A stretch of 32,000 nt of DNA, taken from assembly GCF_000185985.2 (NCBI RefSeq), contig NC_014909.2, positions 90,001 to 122,000 on the forward strand, written 5' to 3'. Position 1 is the first letter of the stretch. Every line of letters starts with the position of its first letter. The notes under the pieces were generated by a model. That model was not told the DNA's origin. It searched no databases and saw only the letters and a program-made list of their open reading frames with translations. Source of the DNA: Candidatus Saccharimonadota bacterium (GTDB lineage: Bacteria; Pseudomonadota; Gammaproteobacteria; Enterobacterales; Enterobacteriaceae). Position numbers and translations under genes: made by a program. Of this stretch, positions 27,415 through 32,000 are shown in pieces.

Positions 27415-30159
27415 ATGACATCGTCGCACATGACAATTCAGACATTTGCTATTGAGATGCAGATGTCTGTAGATCGTCTAATACAGCAGTTTTTAGATGC
27501 AGGAATTACTAAAACTGCGTTTGATTTTGTTACAAAAAAAGAAAGAGAAATTTTGTTTAAACATATGAATTGTAATAAAATAGCAGTGTTTAATAAGCTT
27601 TCTTTACAAAGAAAGATACGTAGTACTTTAAATGTATCTAGTATGGATGGAAAAAATAAAAAAATACAAATAGAAGTGCGTAAAAAACGTGTATATATGG
27701 TGAAATGTTCTATTCAAGATTCTTATTCTGTTGCTCAATCGCATATTTTGTTACAGAATAAGAAAAAAAATAATAATCTTAAACATGACGATAGTGAGTT
27801 GGTTGTCGAATGTAATTTAAAAAATAGCAAGTCAATGCCTGTATATGCTAATAATATAGATATTTCTGTTTTTACCCCAAAAAGTGTAGTAGAAGAAGAT
27901 TGTTCGAGTGCAATGCGTGTTCTTTGTCCTACGGAGAAAAAATTAGAAACGAAGATTTGTTGCGTTGTTGATCACAAGACTCAGAAACTTGAAAATATAA
28001 GAAAACAAAAAGGACCATTAGATAGTAAAGGTAATAAATTTAATTATGATCAAGATTTAAATAATGTATTAGAGATCAAGAAAAATATTTCTGATAATTT
28101 TCATAAGGTTATTCCCTCGAATGAAGTAATACAAGATAATAGTAATAAATTAGAAAATGATCGAAGAAGTAATGGCAATAAAATTCGTTTAAGATATAAG
28201 AATTTAGGGAAAGTAATTAAACATAAACGATATTGTAAATCTAAGTCGTATATAGATATAATGAATGAATCTGAGAAAGAAGAAAAGTTATGTGTTTCTA
28301 CTACTACATATCGTGTTAATAAAAATAAAAGAAAAAAAAGTATTTTGTTACAAAGTTTTAATAAACCTGTTGACATGATATCTCGAGACGTTGTGATAGG
28401 AGAAACAATTAGCGTTTCAGAACTGTCCAATAAAATATCGGTAAAAAGTTCATATATGATTAAAGTTATGATGAAATTAGGATTAAGCATAACTATTAAT
28501 CAAGTTTTGGACCAAGAGACTGCGCAATTAATTGTAGAAGAAATGGGGCATCGGGCTATTTTACGGCGTGAAAATGAATTAGAAGAATTAGTGATGCATC
28601 ATGGAGATTTAAATCAAATTTCTGATTCCTCTGTTAGTTCTATTAATAAAATGGTTTACAAAAATAGAGCTCCAATTGTAACAATTATGGGGCATGTTGA
28701 CCATGGGAAAACCTCTCTTCTTGACTGTATTCGTTCTACAACTATTACTTCTTCTGAAGTTGGCGGTATTACTCAAAGTATAGGAGCATATTGTGTGAAT
28801 ACTGCAAATGGAGGGATGATTACTTTTTTAGATACTCCTGGTCATGAAGCGTTTACACGAATGCGTGCTCAAGGTGTTAAATTAACTGATATTGTTGTTT
28901 TGGTAGTAGCTGCAGATGATGGAGTAATGCCACAAACTATTGAATCTATTAATCATATTCATAATGCTAATGTACCAGTGATAGTAGCTATAAATAAGAT
29001 TGATAAGTCTAAAATTAATATTGATCGAATTAAACAGGAATTAAATAATTATAATTTAATTCCAGAAGAGTGGGGTGGACATACTCAGTTTGTAAATATT
29101 TCGGCTATGTTAAAGATAGGAATTAATGATTTAATAGATTCGATTTTATTACAATCAGAAATGTTGGAATTAAAAACGGTTCATTATGGAATGGCAAAAG
29201 CTGTGGTTATTGATTCATTTCTAGATAAAAGTCGAGGTCCTGTTGCTTCTGTTTTGGTCCGTGAAGGAGAATTAAAGTGTGGAAATATTATTTTATGTGG
29301 CTCAGAATATGGTCGAGTTAAGGCAATGCGTAATTCATTTGGACGTCTTATTGAGTCTGCTGGTCCATCAATTCCGGTAGAGTTATTGGGTTTATCAGGA
29401 ACTCCTGTATCTGGGGAAACATTAGTCGTAGTGAGTAATGAAAAGAAAGCTAAAGAAGTAGCTTTATATAGAAAAGAGAAAAAACGTGAAATAAAATTGT
29501 CGAGTAATTTAGAGCAATCTACACTAAAAAATATTTTCAATAATATTAATTCTACAAGTAAAGTTTCTGAATTAAATTTTATTGTTAAATCTGATACTGA
29601 TGGAGCTGCTGAAGTTATTTGTGAGTCTTTAAAAAAATTAGTAGTTAATGGAATTCTAATGAAGATTGTATCTGTATCTATTGGTAATATTACTGAAACT
29701 GATGCTGTATTGGCATCAGCTTCTAAAGCTATTATTCTAGCTTTTAATATTAAAGCTGATATTGCGGCTCGAAATATTATTGAATCACATCATATAGATG
29801 TTCGGTATTATGCCGTGATTTATGATTTATTAAATTCAGTTCAACAATTGATATGTAGTAAATTAACTCCAAAACATAAATATGAAATCATTGGATTAGC
29901 TAAGGTTCGTAATATTTTTAAATCTCCTAAGAATGGGATAATAGCTGGTTGTTTAGTAACTCAAGGTGTGATGAAATCCCATAAAAAAGTAAAAATAATA
30001 CGTAATGATGTTGTGATTCATGAGGGAGAATTAGAATCATTACGTCATTTTAAAAATGATGTGAATGAAATTAGAAGTGGTGTAGAATGTGGTGTGGGGA
30101 TAAAAAATTATAATGATATTTGTGCTGGAGATGTTATTGAGGTTTTAGATATTAAATAA
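27415..30159 (+). CDS. infB: Translation initiation factor IF-2
   Basis: N-terminal SVDRLIQQFLDAGI matches E. coli SVERLVQQFADAGI. The region from RDVVIGETISVSELSNK onward is highly conserved, with G domain GHVDHGKTSLLD, DTPGH and NKID, and C-terminal VVIHEGELESLRHFKNDVNEIRSGVECG. The middle N-domain (about aa 95-310) is diverged, N/K-rich and low in complexity. Confidence 0.96.
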   Translation: MTSSHMTIQTFAIEMQMSVDRLIQQFLDAGITKTAFDFVTKKEREILFKHMNCNKIAVFNKLSLQRKIRSTLNVSSMDGKNKKIQIEVRKKRVYMVKCSIQDSYSVAQSHILLQNKKKNNNLKHDDSELVVECNLKNSKSMPVYANNIDISVFTPKSVVEEDCSSAMRVLCPTEKKLETKICCVVDHKTQKLENIRKQKGPLDSKGNKFNYDQDLNNVLEIKKNISDNFHKVIPSNEVIQDNSNKLENDRRSNGNKIRLRYKNLGKVIKHKRYCKSKSYIDIMNESEKEEKLCVSTTTYRVNKNKRKKSILLQSFNKPVDMISRDVVIGETISVSELSNKISVKSSYMIKVMMKLGLSITINQVLDQETAQLIVEEMGHRAILRRENELEELVMHHGDLNQISDSSVSSINKMVYKNRAPIVTIMGHVDHGKTSLLDCIRSTTITSSEVGGITQSIGAYCVNTANGGMITFLDTPGHEAFTRMRAQGVKLTDIVVLVVAADDGVMPQTIESINHIHNANVPVIVAINKIDKSKINIDRIKQELNNYNLIPEEWGGHTQFVNISAMLKIGINDLIDSILLQSEMLELKTVHYGMAKAVVIDSFLDKSRGPVASVLVREGELKCGNIILCGSEYGRVKAMRNSFGRLIESAGPSIPVELLGLSGTPVSGETLVVVSNEKKAKEVALYRKEKKREIKLSSNLEQSTLKNIFNNINSTSKVSELNFIVKSDTDGAAEVICESLKKLVVNGILMKIVSVSIGNITETDAVLASASKAIILAFNIKADIAARNIIESHHIDVRYYAVIYDLLNSVQQLICSKLTPKHKYEIIGLAKVRNIFKSPKNGIIAGCLVTQGVMKSHKKVKIIRNDVVIHEGELESLRHFKNDVNEIRSGVECGVGIKNYNDICAGDVIEVLDIK

Positions 30160-30341
30160 AAATCATAATGAATAAAGTATTATAAGTAATAACATGTTTA
30201 ATTATGTATATTATATATACAATTATGTTTGTTTTTGCGTCGATTAGGTAATGTTAATAAATCGCTGAGATAATTTTTAAAATACGATATAGTACATCGA
30301 TATGTGTAATAAATGTAATTTAAATAATTAGGGAATTCAAA

Positions 30342-30710
30342 ATGTATACTAGGAGATCGAATCGTATTCAACGTATTTCTCAAGAAATTCAAAGAAAAAT
30401 TTCTGTGATTATACAACAGAAGGTTCATGATCCTCGTATAGGAGTTCCTACTATTTCAGGAGTACAAGTGTCAAAAGATTTAAGATATGCCAAGGTTTTT
30501 ATTACCTTTTTGGATAAGAATAGTTCAGAAGAGATTAACAGTGCTATTGCTATATTACAAAAAGCTTCTTGTTTTATCCGATTTTTATTAGCTCGTTCTG
30601 TGAATTTTCGTATCATTCCAATATTATCATTTAAATATGATTCCTCATTGATGGTGGGATTAAGGGTAGGAGATTTGGTATCACAGTTAAATAAAAAAAA
30701 TTATATATAA
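30342..30710 (+). CDS. rbfA: Ribosome-binding factor A
   Basis: RIQRISQEIQRKISVIIQQKVHDPRIG, VSKDLRYAKVFITFL, ASCFIRFLLA and IPILSFKYD are colinear with E. coli RbfA. AGGGA lies 8 nt upstream of the ATG. Confidence 0.92.
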   Translation: MYTRRSNRIQRISQEIQRKISVIIQQKVHDPRIGVPTISGVQVSKDLRYAKVFITFLDKNSSEEINSAIAILQKASCFIRFLLARSVNFRIIPILSFKYDSSLMVGLRVGDLVSQLNKKNYI

Positions 30711-30738
30711 AATTAGTAATGAACATACATGTAAATAA

Positions 30739-31497
30739 ATGAAAAGATATTTAAATTTGTCTAAGAGACAAATACATGGTATTTTGTTTTTAGATAAGCC
30801 ATCTGGATTTTCTTGTAATTTTGTTTTAAATAAAATTAAAAGTTTCTTTTATGTAAAAAAGATTGGATATGCTGGAACTTTAGATCCATTAGCAACAGGC
30901 ATGTTGCCTATTTGTTTTGGAAAATCGACAAAATTTGCTACATATTTGTCGAATTCTGATAAACGATATTTAGTTTCAGCTAAATTAGGAGAAAGTACTG
31001 ATACCTTCGATTCAGATGGAGTAATTATACGTGTTTCAACTGTTCAATGTAGTGAAAAAAAAATAGAAAATTGTTTGAGCTCTTTTGTAGGTAAATCTTA
31101 TCAAATTCCTCCAATGTTTTCAGCTGTGAAATATCATGGGGTGCCTTTATATAAATATGCCAGAAAAGGTATTTGTGTATTTAGAAAACCTAGAGAAATT
31201 TATGTATACAGTTTATCTTGTATTAATAAAATAGATAATATCATTGATTTAGATATTTATTGTTCTAAGGGAACTTATATACGTAGTATAATACATGATA
31301 TAGGGGAATGTTTAGGATGTGGAGCACATGTTATAAGGTTACGTCGATTAATGATATCACAATATGTGCCTGATTTTATGATAAAAATTAAAACTATAGA
31401 AGATATTTTTTATAATACAGTTCTTAATGACACGGAAGTATTAAATAATCTTGATAAATTGCTAGTAGCTCAAGAAAATCTTGATAGATTCAAATAA
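30739..31497 (+). CDS. truB: tRNA pseudouridine-55 synthase TruB, catalytic domain only (C-terminal PUA domain missing)
   Basis: HGILFLDKPSGFSCN, GYAGTLDPLATGMLPICFG (catalytic Asp context), DKRYLV, QIPPMFSAVKY, YCSKGTYIRSIIHDIGECLGCGAHVIRLRR match E. coli TruB residues 1 to about 250. The ORF ends at 252 aa versus 314 aa. Confidence 0.9.
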   Translation: MKRYLNLSKRQIHGILFLDKPSGFSCNFVLNKIKSFFYVKKIGYAGTLDPLATGMLPICFGKSTKFATYLSNSDKRYLVSAKLGESTDTFDSDGVIIRVSTVQCSEKKIENCLSSFVGKSYQIPPMFSAVKYHGVPLYKYARKGICVFRKPREIYVYSLSCINKIDNIIDLDIYCSKGTYIRSIIHDIGECLGCGAHVIRLRRLMISQYVPDFMIKIKTIEDIFYNTVLNDTEVLNNLDKLLVAQENLDRFK

Positions 31498-31766
31498 TTT
31501 ATAACTTATTAGAAATTACAGTCTTTAATAGTTTATTATATTATATATATAATTTTAAAACTAGTGTGTTTTTATATACATGTTATGCAATCGTATAATA
31601 TTAAGAGTATAAAGGTAAAAAGATTGTTTAATAATAATTGTATGTTAGATTAAAGATGAAGATGCAAATTATATTTTTATAGAATTAAGAAGTGATAAAT
31701 GTGTTTTGTTTAATATGTTTAAAGAGTACAATTTTAAATTGTTATTTTTTATGAAAGGTAGTGTAT

Positions 31767-32000
31767 ATGTCTTATAATATGAAAAAAAAAAGTGAGATTA
31801 TTTTAAAATTTGGGCATAATATTAAAAATACTGGAATTACTGAAGTACAAGTAGCTTTATTGACTGATCGTATTAATCATTTAAAATGCCATTTTGATAA
31901 GAACAGAAACGATCATCATAGTCGTTATGGCTTATTAAAGTTAGTTGCTCAACGTCGTAAATTATTAAAATATTTAAGAAACAATAGTATTTTTCGTTAT
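31767..32000 (+). CDS. rpsO: 30S ribosomal protein S15 (5' partial, runs off the right edge)
   Basis: Not in the ORF track because there is no stop within the window. My translation from ATG 31767 is [79 protein letters not shown]. coli S15 has ...[57 protein letters not shown]. Confidence 0.93.
   Translation, partial: MSYNMKKKSEIILKFGHNIKNTGITEVQVALLTDRINHLKCHFDKNRNDHHSRYGLLKLVAQRRKLLKYLRNNSIFRY

Noticed and set aside
28101-28490. 129-aa minus-strand ORF inside infB, plus similar antisense ORFs at 29184-29540, 20890-21132, 21328-21561, 16652-16933, 8010-8285, 3261-3449, 11273-11467, 20082-20276, 26925-27119, 27237-27431, 30198-30428 and 30425-30616
   Set aside because: Nearly all lie antisense to well-supported conserved genes, and 30198-30428 lies mostly in the infB-rbfA spacer. 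They have no recognisable motifs and the I/L/F/N/K-rich composition expected of shadow ORFs.
31728-31750. ACAATTT-T-AAATTGT palindrome followed by a T-run just upstream of rpsO, considered as a truB terminator or part of an S15 autoregulatory structure
   Set aside because: The stem is entirely weak A/T pairs apart from one C-G, and the loop is only 1 nt. It cannot be distinguished from background without transcript-end data.

Overview
This window is AT-rich (roughly a quarter to a third G+C by eye), gene-dense and almost entirely + strand. It reads as the housekeeping core of a reduced-genome, Enterobacterales-derived insect endosymbiont (Blochmannia/Buchnera-like); the species cannot be assigned without a database search. 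All protein calls rest on aligning the supplied translations to E. coli K-12 orthologues from memory. Two blocks are colinear with E. coli: (1) hflX-hflK-hflC-purA-rlmB-rpsF-rpsR-rplI-cysQ-tamA-tamB followed by ppa(-); (2) ispB(-) followed by rplU-rpmA-obgE-greA-rlmE-ftsH-folP-glmM-secG-tRNA-Leu(GAG)-tRNA-fMet-nusA-infB-rbfA-truB-rpsO (partial). Genes that sit between these in E. coli are absent and replaced by short AT-rich spacers: yjeT, nsrR-rnr, priB, the ytf genes/msrA, yhbE, dacB, yhbY, yhbX/argG and rimP. I found no CRISPR array, transposase, integrase, phage, toxin or defence genes, and no unexplained multi-gene system, so this is an ordinary core region rather than an accessory island. 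The points worth a second look are genome-erosion phenomena. tamA is split by a frameshift inside an 11-A homopolymer while its partner tamB (3.9 kb) is intact, which makes it a candidate for transcriptional-slippage rescue. Essential genes (glmM, rpsO) carry other long in-frame poly(A) tracts. truB stops before its PUA domain, and a stop-riddled colinear relic of that domain lies downstream. rimP is missing or eroded between tRNA-fMet and nusA. purA has a 12-aa loop insertion and Arg-to-Cys in the GTTGRGIGP motif. The tRNA-Leu gene does not encode its 3' CCA, whereas the adjacent tRNA-fMet does.
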